Origin: an uncultured virus (IMG/VR IMGVR_UViG_3300042549_004140)
Lineage: Duplodnaviria; Heunggongvirae; Uroviricota; Caudoviricetes
Length of the DNA stretch: 64,000 bases
IMG/VR virus record: IMGVR_UViG_3300042549_004140
Direction: 5' to 3' (one strand)
This document shows positions 18,740 to 27,865 of the stretch, one piece after another. The notes beneath the pieces were generated by a model, which saw nothing but the letters and a program-made list of their open reading frames with translations, did not search any database and was not told the DNA's origin. Each line of letters opens with the position of its first letter. Position 1 is the stretch's first letter. Both the position numbers and the translations under genes were made by a program.

Positions 18740-18976
18740 CTAAAAGCCTTGTGGGTCTATGACAGGCGTGTAACACTCATCACATACAAACCAAACTTCA
18801 TCAGCAGATAGGACAACAGCAAATGGATAGAACTCGTCAAGGTCAGAGCCGACCACCTCTTCGCAGTTCTCGCACTGAAGTTTCTCTTCAGGTTCAAGGA
18901 GACCAGCAGTGATGGCGTGGGTAATGTCAATGTCGCTCGTGAGCAGATGTACTTCGAAGTGTTCCATACGTAACAT
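18740..18976 (-). CDS. Small CxxC protein
   Basis: Two CxxC motifs. Confidence 0.6.
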   Translation of the reverse strand: MLRMEHFEVHLLTSDIDITHAITAGLLEPEEKLQCENCEEVVGSDLDEFYPFAVVLSADEVWFVCDECYTPVIDPQGF

Positions 18977-19012
18977 CTTAAAACATCTAGCGGTTGCCTA
19001 TTTTAGGCGCGG

Positions 19013-19264
19013 TTACAGGCCTGTGTCTCCCAAAGACAAGCCACGGTTCGTGGCACGCCATACACTGGCCGAGTGGTTAGCTTCGATACTCGCCTTGGCT
19101 TCAGGGTCCTCATACAGACGTAGGATGTGGACGCATGGGTCCTCGCCATCTTCGAACGCGGTTTCCTCATCCTGGGTCATAGGCATGCCGTCATGCGTTT
19201 CACATACTGGCGGGCCAGCCCATCCGTTATCAATACCAATCTGTAGCCATGCCTCGAAGTCCAT
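19013..19264 (-). CDS. Hypothetical protein
   Basis: AAAGG RBS; GPPVCETHDG...DPCVHILR. Confidence 0.7.
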   Translation of the reverse strand: MDFEAWLQIGIDNGWAGPPVCETHDGMPMTQDEETAFEDGEDPCVHILRLYEDPEAKASIEANHSASVWRATNRGLSLGDTGL

Positions 19265-19406
19265 CGGTTAACCTTTCCTGGCCCTATAGCAGGCCGCTGT
19301 CTCGATTCTATCATCTCGAGCGGTTCAAATATTAGCAACGGTTGCACGCCTGCAAGTTTTTGCATGCCGTGACTCGTCAGTCAAGCTGCGAGCTTCGCAC
19401 GAATCT

Positions 19407-19859
19407 TCGTTAAAAGTTTCCGCCGGATCCGCCTTCACCCGTCGGCGGGACATCGTTCGTTAAAAGTTGATGTCGCCTTCCGGATCCGGGCCCGGCGGCG
19501 GGACATCGAATGAGGTTCGTTAAAAGTTTTACCTGGAGTTACTCAACTACGCGGAACACGCCAGTCAACTTTGCAAGTACTCGCAATGAGTTGACGTCGG
19601 GTACACCGGAAGCTGCGTCTCCGATATAACCAAGGCTTCGTTGAAAGTTTGCGAAGGCGGCCCTGGTCTTGTGATCAAACTCTCCCCGCGGCGCAGACTT
19701 CAAACCAACAGTCATCGAAAGTGCTACCTGGATGAGCGCGACGTACGGGTGCTTCATGCCAAGTTTGATCGAGGGCCCCTGGATGACTGGAATCTCTTTC
19801 GTTAAAAGTTCTCCTGGATCCGACATCCGGGAAGCTTCAAGCTCAGCTCGTTGAAAGTT
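19407..19859 (+). repeat. Direct repeats TCGTTRAAAGTT
   Basis: Copies at 19407, 19457, 19517, 19638, 19799 and 19848, also 18022; variant at 21439. Confidence 0.85.
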
Positions 19860-20324
19860 TGGGCGGGCGAAGGCGAGCACGTCGTATGCATAGCGGTTAC
19901 GTCGATACACACCGTTGCGTGCTGCGAGTCCCTTTGGCGTGCCGCTGTCTGTTTGACCTTCGATGCACTGGAACATCCCATGCTTACTGTAGTGAGAGAC
20001 GTCGGTTACTATTCCCACGTGTGGCTGGCCGAGATTCGAATCACTGGCCGTTTGAAAAAAGACGATGTCTCCAGGTTCTGGCCGCGGGAAGATCCGGTTA
20101 GTTTTAATGAAGCTCGCCAAAGCGCTCGCGGTTGATATAAACGACGGCAGATGCAGGCCGGCCTTCTTTGCACAGACGTCAATGAATGGACCTGCCCATG
20201 GAATGCCTGGCCGTCCAACTGCAGAACTAAACATATCGGCTACAGATTGATTCGCCGTGTATCCAACATGGGACTCGGCTTCCTGGATGAGTCGGCTAGC
20301 TGCCGTGGATTTCTTTTTGAACAT
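19539..20324 (-). CDS. CHAP-like domain plus peptidoglycan-binding domain protein
   Basis: PEPGDIVFF...HVGIV...IEGQT; C-terminal VALIQVAL..GEFD..T.AA..FQR.....GV PG-binding pattern. Confidence 0.75.
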   Translation of the reverse strand: MFKKKSTAASRLIQEAESHVGYTANQSVADMFSSAVGRPGIPWAGPFIDVCAKKAGLHLPSFISTASALASFIKTNRIFPRPEPGDIVFFQTASDSNLGQPHVGIVTDVSHYSKHGMFQCIEGQTDSGTPKGLAARNGVYRRNRYAYDVLAFARPNFQRAELEASRMSDPGELLTKEIPVIQGPSIKLGMKHPYVALIQVALSMTVGLKSAPRGEFDHKTRAAFANFQRSLGYIGDAASGVPDVNSLRVLAKLTGVFRVVE

Positions 20325-20471
20325 TTAACGTCTCTTCGATCTGCTGCACAAGCAGCGCGGCCTCGTTGGCCCTTGTAGTTAATCTTACATGCTCGATGCG
20401 CGTCGATGCCAACTTTACGTCATCGGCAAGTTGCCGGGCCAAAGCCTTCGCAAGTTCTAACGTAGTTTCGT

Positions 20472-21491
20472 TCATTCTTTTTCTCCGGCTTCCGGTGACT
20501 CGTCAGTCACAATCTCAGCGTCGACGATCTTTGGATCCGCCGCTTCAACGTCGTTAGAAGTTATCGCGATCCCGGCGTCGTGCAATCTTGCAGCTGCGTC
20601 AGCTGCGTTGACCGCGAGTCTGTTCAAACGTTCAGCAATGATGCTGGCCGCGGGGCGGACATCGATATTGACGTTCGTGTCAAGTTCTACTCCACCCCGG
20701 ATGCCGGCGCGATCCAAAATCTCCGTGGCAGCTTTTAGCTTTACGGGCTCGGACTCCGCGAACTCCATCATAGTCTCGAGGACGTCGACTGCGTAAGGGG
20801 CCGCCTGGGTCAACTTTGCACGAGCTCGTTCAATGTCATCTCCCGGACGATGTTTGATCGAACGTAGGTGCACGCGACATAGCGAGTCATCCTGTAGACG
20901 TCCCGATGACCACAACTGGCATCTGATCCCGTCGTCCTTGACGGCGGCACATCTCGTTGGAAGTGTAGCTGGTTGACGTTTACCAGACTTAGGCGGTTCA
21001 TTCTGTTCTTTAGTCCAAGCACGTGTAGCACCTACAACCCAAGGCGGTACGAGATAGTCAGAGGCTTCTTCGGCTAGGAGGTCGTATCCGGTTATGTAAT
21101 CGCTGTTACGGTTATTAGGGTCTACAAGGAGAGGCCGCTTCTCTCCCAAAGAGATGATGCGCTTCTGCGTGGCCATCTCCTGGGAGACTGCTTGGATCAA
21201 TCCGGTTGGCACGCCGTTCGTTGCATATACCGGGATCCAGTTCATACGAGCTCGACGTAAGATGTGACGGTTCTCATATGTATCTTCGCAGATGCCGCGA
21301 TCTGTTTCGTCGATGCCGAGTTCCGATAGGTCTGGACGTAGATTGACAGCGGTGTCAATTTCTATAATAGGTTTCTCTTCAATCGGCTTGCCGAATGGGT
21401 CGGTATCGTCGAGCGCTTCGTTATCCAATGAACGTCCTTCGTTTAAAGTTAGCCGGGCCAGCTGGGGAGAGACTTGTGGCCCGACTAACAT
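20472..21491 (-). CDS. Hypothetical protein, possibly terminase small subunit-like
   Basis: C..C..CxxH finger followed by helical AAPYAVDVL..M...ESEPVKLKAATEILDRAG, as seen in some TerS-like proteins. Confidence 0.4.
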   Translation of the reverse strand: MLVGPQVSPQLARLTLNEGRSLDNEALDDTDPFGKPIEEKPIIEIDTAVNLRPDLSELGIDETDRGICEDTYENRHILRRARMNWIPVYATNGVPTGLIQAVSQEMATQKRIISLGEKRPLLVDPNNRNSDYITGYDLLAEEASDYLVPPWVVGATRAWTKEQNEPPKSGKRQPATLPTRCAAVKDDGIRCQLWSSGRLQDDSLCRVHLRSIKHRPGDDIERARAKLTQAAPYAVDVLETMMEFAESEPVKLKAATEILDRAGIRGGVELDTNVNIDVRPAASIIAERLNRLAVNAADAAARLHDAGIAITSNDVEAADPKIVDAEIVTDESPEAGEKE

Positions 21492-21727
21492 TTTTTGAGG
21501 TTTTATTATCTAAGTTTCAACGTCGATAAGAACTTCAGTAGAGGTAGTCTCTTCCGTCGAACTAAGTTTTGACGAAGTTCGATAGTTACATTGTTACATG
21601 GAGTTCAAAAAGTTTTTTTCGCTCGTGGAGAGAGATAGCAGCATTTTCTCTTTACAAACAAAAGAAAAACCCTGTAAAATCAAGGGGTCTGATTTTGACA
21701 GGGTCTCTTTTTAAAATGCTTTGAGAA

Positions 21728-21958
21728 TTAGACGAAAGTTCCGTCTTTCTTTCTCTTGCGATATGCCTTTGAAGTTCTGTTACCTCGGCGTTGTTGTCCT
21801 AACTCAAGTTGCTCTTGGACTTCGATTGGGTCGACTTGGTAGTTCCATTTGTTGCCAAGGGTGAAGTGTTTCTTCACATAGCCACGCTTGGTGAGATAGG
21901 TAATCATCTCTGGGCTGACTCCGCAGAGTGTCGCAGCGACTTTCCTATCAACCAGCAT
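21728..21958 (-). CDS. Small HTH (excisionase/MerR-like) DNA-binding protein
   Basis: RKVAATLCGVSPEMITYLTKRG. Confidence 0.55.
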   Translation of the reverse strand: MLVDRKVAATLCGVSPEMITYLTKRGYVKKHFTLGNKWNYQVDPIEVQEQLELGQQRRGNRTSKAYRKRKKDGTFV

Positions 21959-22126
21959 GATTGCACATCCGTTCTAATCTAGCCATCAACTTTTCTTGGG
22001 ACTCGAATGGTCGCTGGGTCAGTTGAACTTTGTGGATGGGGCAAAAAGCACTGGCTCTACTTTTTAGCATTAGCCCTCTTTTGAGATACTGGGTGACGTT
22101 TCTTTGAAGCCTGTAACTTCTCGAGT

Positions 22127-22357
22127 TCAGCTTGCTTTTGTTTCTTCGTCTTGAATAGGTTCTTCAACCACTTCTTCATTCGTCATTCCTTCTTCCTGCT
22201 CGTCTTGAGCATTCTTTGAGTCTACCCTCTGGGGGTGACATTTTTCACAACTACAATCCCAGACCTTATCGAAATAGGTAATACTAGTTTTACAGTCTTC
22301 ATGGTTTCCTGTCAAGCACCACCCACATCTGGTGCTACCTGTTGCTCCTCGACTCAC
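22127..22357 (-). CDS. Small Cys-rich protein
   Basis: CGWC...H..C...CSC..CH. Confidence 0.6.
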   Translation of the reverse strand: MSRGATGSTRCGWCLTGNHEDCKTSITYFDKVWDCSCEKCHPQRVDSKNAQDEQEEGMTNEEVVEEPIQDEETKAS

Positions 22358-23022
22358 GCTGGTGGCAACTCGTAGATTACAGATTTGTGATGCTTGACTC
22401 GAACGGTTGGCTCGACATAGGTTTTGAATCCATTGCGATAGGCGTTCATACAGAACGAGTAGTCTTCACCAACATTGGTGTCGAAGTCTAGTTCGAACCA
22501 TCGAATGTGTTCAATCTTGAACCAAGGTCTATCGCACTTCTCAAAGACACCTTGCTTGATTGCCACAAATCCAAATCCGACTCCGAACACTTCGACAGGT
22601 TCATCTGCCATAAAGAAATCTGTCTCATGGACTTTTTCAGGTAGGCCTAGCGCATCTCGGAATGAGCAGGCGACAGTTCCATTTGGATGACTCTGATACA
22701 AACCTCCGATGATATCTAGTTCGTGTTCGTATAACTTTTGGAAGTCCGAGACTTCCCATTCGATATCTGAATCAATCCAGAAGATTTTGTCGTAGGTGTA
22801 TTGACCTGCTCCAACCTCTCGGGTATCCCAGTCATTCTGATACAAATCTAAAGCGGTTAGCTCTCGACCTGATGGAATGAATGAACTTGCTTTGGTTAGG
22901 AACTTGTAAGTCAGTCCTTGCGAACTTAGCCAAGCACAAGTCTTGACCAAACTCTCGACAAAGGCTGGCTCCATACTTTTGCCAGGCGTTGCAATGAGAA
23001 CGTTATAGTGTGGTTTGGACAT
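22354..23022 (-). CDS. Glycosyltransferase-like (GT-A) protein
   Basis: IATP, FWIDSD (DxD), GFGFVAIK.GVFE, GEDYSFC, H. Confidence 0.75.
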   Translation of the reverse strand: MSKPHYNVLIATPGKSMEPAFVESLVKTCAWLSSQGLTYKFLTKASSFIPSGRELTALDLYQNDWDTREVGAGQYTYDKIFWIDSDIEWEVSDFQKLYEHELDIIGGLYQSHPNGTVACSFRDALGLPEKVHETDFFMADEPVEVFGVGFGFVAIKQGVFEKCDRPWFKIEHIRWFELDFDTNVGEDYSFCMNAYRNGFKTYVEPTVRVKHHKSVIYELPPA

Positions 23023-23236
23023 TCTCATCTTCCGGGTAGCACTGACCATTCAGTTCGCAAGTAGTTGGGGTGCTGTCGCAGAGTCCGCAGATTGTTCCCT
23101 CTTCGCAGTGGGCGCATTCTTTCCAAAGGTCTTGGATTGCGTAGCCATCTTCGTCAAACCCAATCTTTGGTATCTGACCTTGGCCCTCGCATTGAGGGCA
23201 GGTGTCGTAAACAAAGTTTTCTTCAAACGCTGACAT
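23003..23236 (-). CDS. DnaJ-type Zn-finger-like small protein
   Basis: CPQCEGQG...CAHCEEG. Confidence 0.55.
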   Translation of the reverse strand: MSAFEENFVYDTCPQCEGQGQIPKIGFDEDGYAIQDLWKECAHCEEGTICGLCDSTPTTCELNGQCYPEDENVQTTL

Positions 23237-23586
23237 TAGAACTCTCCACTCTTAGCATCATCTTCAGGACCTCCAATGCTGGAGAGTCTGTTACTTGTTA
23301 CCATCCACTGTTGCATGATACGGTTCAGTTCTTTCATCGACATAGATGAGAACTTTCTATCCCAGTCTTCTGGATCAACTAGACAAAGTTGGAAGGCCTC
23401 GACCATCAACAGCATCCGACCCTCTCCAGAGTTTTCCATAATCTCTTGCATCTGCAATAGTGGAATCTCCTCAAGTGAGATTAACTGAACTGCACCCATT
23501 GTAGTTTGAATCTCCATCAGATCTACAACATCCTTGAATGCCTCGTTAATCATTTTTACTCTGCGATTATCGTCGCGTTTTCCCAT
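23236..23586 (-). CDS. Hypothetical protein
   Basis: AAAGGA RBS; loosely resembles the 32700 ORF (SMS.KE....WM). Confidence 0.7.
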   Translation of the reverse strand: MGKRDDNRRVKMINEAFKDVVDLMEIQTTMGAVQLISLEEIPLLQMQEIMENSGEGRMLLMVEAFQLCLVDPEDWDRKFSSMSMKELNRIMQQWMVTSNRLSSIGGPEDDAKSGEF

Positions 23587-23623
23587 CTGTTAATTTCCTT
23601 TCTGTTTATTTACTGTAACACAC

Positions 23624-24097
23624 TTAGTTCCCTGAACGGCAGTTTCTGCACAATAATGCATCATAGCCTGTTGCTTCAAATTGTACAATACCTTCGCGAG
23701 TTGTTGGTACAGGACTAACATTACCCTCTGCACCGCACTTATCGCAAATCATATCAATCAGCCACTCAACATCTTTGCCATCGTCATACGATGCCAAGAT
23801 ACCTCGAGCCAATGCATGCTCTGGTCCAGGTCCCATAGTCTTACGCAAAAACTTGCGAGCATCTCCAGCTAACAACACTGGTCGAACATTCTTACAAGGG
23901 CACACCATTCTTGATGGCGTACAAAGAACAATCCCACTCGAACTTACAGTGTGACTATTCATCGGATGACCACAGGTGCAGATTCTCTTATCCCTATCCG
24001 GGCGAGACATACCTTTGATCTTTTCTTCAGCGGTTCGAACTTCTTCAACATCGAAGTCAAAGAACTCGAACGGGTTTTCTTTATTTTCCATATTCAC
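23624..24097 (-). CDS. Cys-rich hypothetical protein
   Basis: CTCGH..H, CPC and two CxxC motifs. Confidence 0.7.
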   Translation of the reverse strand: MNMENKENPFEFFDFDVEEVRTAEEKIKGMSRPDRDKRICTCGHPMNSHTVSSSGIVLCTPSRMVCPCKNVRPVLLAGDARKFLRKTMGPGPEHALARGILASYDDGKDVEWLIDMICDKCGAEGNVSPVPTTREGIVQFEATGYDALLCRNCRSGN

Positions 24098-24407
24098 ATC
24101 CTAGCACAACTTACCAACCTTTTGTCAACCAAACTTCACAAGTTACCTCGAGTCTACGAGTTCCGATTAAATATTCTGCCACCCTATACACACGCGCACA
24201 CGCGTATAGTAAATTAAGTTGACAATCGTAAATAGGTTGACATAGGTTGACATACTATACGTTTTTACCAATTTATTTTTCCTCTTTTCTTATAGTATCT
24301 CCAACACCCTTTTTCAGAGATACTATACGTTTCGACTTGACATATTTTCCAAAAGCTCATAGTATCCAATACAGAACTAAAAACTAATACTTTAAGGAGT
24401 AAGCAAC

Positions 24408-24662
24408 ATGCTAACCATGTCACTCATGCCAATCGCAATTTGGATCGTTTTATTATCTATTTTTTGGCCTCTGACTCTCGGATATGCCATCCAACACCTA
24501 ACCAAAAATACCAAAGCAACCACAATACTGACGTCCATTATTACAGTCACCACTCTTTATTTTGCCCTCACCACCCCATACACATACAACATCTTCTTCT
24601 ATGCATCTCTGATTTCTGTCTGCGCAGCTCTCTTTACATGGATGTACGACATGGCTTCATAG
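24408..24662 (+). CDS. Small membrane protein
   Basis: AAGGAG RBS; three hydrophobic segments. Confidence 0.7.
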   Translation: MLTMSLMPIAIWIVLLSIFWPLTLGYAIQHLTKNTKATTILTSIITVTTLYFALTTPYTYNIFFYASLISVCAALFTWMYDMAS

Positions 24663-24739
24663 CCCAAAATAAAGTCAGCCCGCCCCGAATTTGCTACAAT
24701 TGAAGGGCTTGGGAGAGCATACAGAAGGCACTCTCCCCA

Positions 24740-27412
24740 ATGAAAAAGTCCCCCAAAGGAAGAGGACCACTGTTTATTACAGTGGCCCTCATTTTTGCTG
24801 CACCAATCTGCATAGCAGAATCAGCGCACGCTACTTCTTTCCAGGGGTCTTCTTTTCAGCGACCTTCTGCAACTGCGCCTGTTCCAACTTCTTTGTATTA
24901 CGGACAGTCACTATGGTTGCAATCACAAGCAGGCTCAACACACCTACTACAAAACCAACCCAGAACGAATCCAAGTTCACGGTTACTAGCATCTTCACTC
25001 CCTTCTTTAGAGGATATCAACAACCTCGAGTTTACACTAAGTAACCTAAAAACTCAACTAAATACGCTAAAAAGCAAAAAAGTTAATCCCACAACCATTT
25101 CCAGCATCCAGGGTCAAATCTCCGACCTCGAAACAGCAATCCAAGATGCAAAAGATGCTAGAACCTCATACGAACGTGCTCAAGCAACCCTCAAGACTCT
25201 TCTAAGCGACCTTGAGAAGCAAAAAAGCACTAACGAGACACTTCTAACTCAAAAAACTACTGCCCAAGCAGAGCTAGAGGCAAAGAAGCTCACTCTTACA
25301 GAGATTCAAGCAATCCAGACTGCTGCACAGGCTTCCCTAGCAGAGACCCGGACTCTTCTAAGCCAAGCACAGACAGAACTTGATGCCTACAACACGTCAA
25401 TGATTGCTCAGACAGAAGTCAAGAACCAAGCACAGGAAAATCTAACTGCACGTCAAGAGGCTTTCGTCTTAGCAACAGCAGACTTGGAAACTGCAAGTCA
25501 GCAACTCGCAATCGCCACGCAAGAACTTCAGCAAGCACAGCACAACTACGACAACAACCTCATTCCAGACCCAGACTGGACAGCACCTACTTATCAAAAA
25601 GAAAACATCCGCACAGTCGAGAACACCAGAACGGTAGAAGTTCGTACTCTTGTTCCACACACAACCACCACACTTCAGGAACAAGTAATCCCAAACCTAC
25701 TCTTCAACTCAGACTTCTCACGAGGCACAGAGGGTTGGTCTGGTGTAAACCCAGGGTGGCAAGGCTCCAACCCAGCACTTATAAATGGGGAGGTTGTATT
25801 CTCTTACCAAACTCAAACAGTAAGTCAAGGTCTGTTCTCTGGTCCTTTCCAGAACGCTACCCTCACCCTATCTGCCGACTGGTTTAACAATGATTCCAAC
25901 ACGGGCAGGGTAGACAACTACTCGATGACTGTCGAAGCTAAGGACATCAATCAAAACACAGTAGGTTCAGCGACCTACACATCAACCGGAGCACACGACT
26001 GGGATAGAAAGTCTGTCTCACTCACAGCAACAGGTCCTGTTTCCTACATCACAGTCTCATTTACGGGTGTTGACTCTGGTTTTTGGTACGGAGTTTATGG
26101 ACCTCACGTTAAGAACCCAGTTCTTCAAGTTTCTCACGGGCAGATGGTGACTGAAACAACCTATGAAGAAGTCATCACTTACGAGCAGGAAACCTACTAC
26201 ACCTACGAGACCTACTACACCACCGAACTAGTTACCACCGAGGGAACTCTCAATGTAAAGATTAATGAAGGCGGTCAAGCAACTTTCAACGCACCAGCAG
26301 GTGCAACCTTTACCTCATCTAACCTACGCTACGAATCAATCAACAACCCAACTTGCGGGCGTAACATTGCACCAAACATCAACGGACTTTCTAGCATCAC
26401 AATCCAAGCACTCAACTCTGTTTGGGGTGACCCTTGTGGCGGACAATACAAGCACATCACAGGGACTATCTCGTACCTAGGCGCTCCTACTGCACCACTC
26501 ATCAAAGACCCAGCACTTCTACCAATTCTTCAACAGAAGCAAGCAGCGTTTACTGAAGCACAAACTAGCTACGACGCAAAACTTTCAACGAAGAACTCGT
26601 TGCAAGAACTTAAGACATCGGCAGAAGCAACACTTCTAACGGAGATGCAGGAGCTCGACGCTATCACAACTTCTTACGAAGCAAAACAAGCAACGGTTCA
26701 GGACATCCAGGTTCAGGAACAACAAGCAGTTTCTCAAGTTACAGAAGCTACAACGAACGTCGAAGTTGCTTCATCAAATGTTGTCGCCGCCGAACAAACC
26801 TTCCAGGCGGCGTCTACTTTGCACGAAGAATCTAACACTCAGCTCAGCGAAACAGAAGCTCAGGTTACTCAAGCTAAAACAACAGAAGCGACTTCATTAA
26901 ATGTTGCTGCACAAACATACACACAAGCATCACAAAAAGCAAGCACAACATCTAACGAAATCGAATCCATTCCGGAGGAAGGTTCACAAGAACTTCCCGC
27001 AGAGATCACAGCCGACTCCCTACTTGAAACCGACCTAACCCAAGTTGACCCAACAGAGATGACACCAGAGCAGGCTGAAGAACTAAAGGAAGCAGCCCTC
27101 GAAGTATTCCTCACAGCCGAAGAAGGCTCCGCCGAATATGAGCAAGCCCTTGACGCCCTCTATCTAGCCGCGGAGCAAGATGACATTGTGCTTGACCCAT
27201 CTTTAGCCGCGATTCCGGGTCTAGCAGCCGCTACAGAGCTTGTTAACTTCTTTGGCAACGCAGGCTCAGATATGTCTCCAAAGACTCGTGAAGAGTCCGA
27301 GAAGGTGGTTGTTACAGCGGTTGTTGCCGCTGGAGCAGCCATTCAAAGTGCAGCAGCCGCTGCCTCAACAGCTTCCGTTTCATCAAGCGGATCTAGAAAG
27401 ATAGGAAAATAA
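24740..27412 (+). CDS. Large secreted/membrane coiled-coil protein with an inserted carbohydrate-binding-like beta domain
   Basis: Signal peptide (..AESAHA), two Q/E/A-rich coiled-coil tracts around a NLLFNSDFS..W beta-rich domain, Ala-rich C-terminus. Confidence 0.75.
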   Translation: MKKSPKGRGPLFITVALIFAAPICIAESAHATSFQGSSFQRPSATAPVPTSLYYGQSLWLQSQAGSTHLLQNQPRTNPSSRLLASSLPSLEDINNLEFTLSNLKTQLNTLKSKKVNPTTISSIQGQISDLETAIQDAKDARTSYERAQATLKTLLSDLEKQKSTNETLLTQKTTAQAELEAKKLTLTEIQAIQTAAQASLAETRTLLSQAQTELDAYNTSMIAQTEVKNQAQENLTARQEAFVLATADLETASQQLAIATQELQQAQHNYDNNLIPDPDWTAPTYQKENIRTVENTRTVEVRTLVPHTTTTLQEQVIPNLLFNSDFSRGTEGWSGVNPGWQGSNPALINGEVVFSYQTQTVSQGLFSGPFQNATLTLSADWFNNDSNTGRVDNYSMTVEAKDINQNTVGSATYTSTGAHDWDRKSVSLTATGPVSYITVSFTGVDSGFWYGVYGPHVKNPVLQVSHGQMVTETTYEEVITYEQETYYTYETYYTTELVTTEGTLNVKINEGGQATFNAPAGATFTSSNLRYESINNPTCGRNIAPNINGLSSITIQALNSVWGDPCGGQYKHITGTISYLGAPTAPLIKDPALLPILQQKQAAFTEAQTSYDAKLSTKNSLQELKTSAEATLLTEMQELDAITTSYEAKQATVQDIQVQEQQAVSQVTEATTNVEVASSNVVAAEQTFQAASTLHEESNTQLSETEAQVTQAKTTEATSLNVAAQTYTQASQKASTTSNEIESIPEEGSQELPAEITADSLLETDLTQVDPTEMTPEQAEELKEAALEVFLTAEEGSAEYEQALDALYLAAEQDDIVLDPSLAAIPGLAAATELVNFFGNAGSDMSPKTREESEKVVVTAVVAAGAAIQSAAAAASTASVSSSGSRKIGK

Positions 27413-27413
27413 T

Positions 27414-27599
27414 ATGAAGAAGTTTCTACTGGGACTATTTAAAGACATAATCGAACAGGCTTGGACCCTTTTAGGTATGGCAGTCGCATGGCTCGTACTT
27501 GAAGGCTCTGCTAAAGATTTAACAGGAAACCTCATCCTGATAACTCTTTGCGTCTGGGTTCTTACGTTCCCTCTACGTCGCGACAAGGATGAAGACTAA
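27414..27599 (+). CDS. Small 2-TM membrane protein
   Basis: Two hydrophobic helices and a charged tail. Confidence 0.65.
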   Translation: MKKFLLGLFKDIIEQAWTLLGMAVAWLVLEGSAKDLTGNLILITLCVWVLTFPLRRDKDED

Positions 27600-27829
27600 T
27601 GAAACGCTTCTTTCTTTATCTAAAGTTCTACAGCGAACCAAACAAGTACGATGTCCAGAAACTTGCAACGAAGAGCTGGCGCGACTATGTGGGTACCAAC
27701 AAAGACAAGCGTTATGATATGACGTTCTGCCAAAACTACCTAGCAGGCTATGAAAAGCACTACAGAACTGCCTATGCAACCACTGCAATCGAATCACTAA
27801 ACCCAAGCAAGAGTAAAATTAGTAAGTAG
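27599..27829 (+). CDS. Hypothetical protein
   Basis: TAATG-coupled ORF. Confidence 0.55.
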   Translation: MKRFFLYLKFYSEPNKYDVQKLATKSWRDYVGTNKDKRYDMTFCQNYLAGYEKHYRTAYATTAIESLNPSKSKISK

Positions 27830-27865
27830 AGAACCTCTCTCATATTCACTTCGAAGGAATAAGTA

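Noticed and set aside
56..18811. Numerous plus-strand ORFs in the ORF track across the early region
   Set aside because: They are antisense to RBS- and promoter-supported minus-strand genes or run through the repeat element (recurring LF..RS..FNF and FCLSGA translations), so they are shadows.
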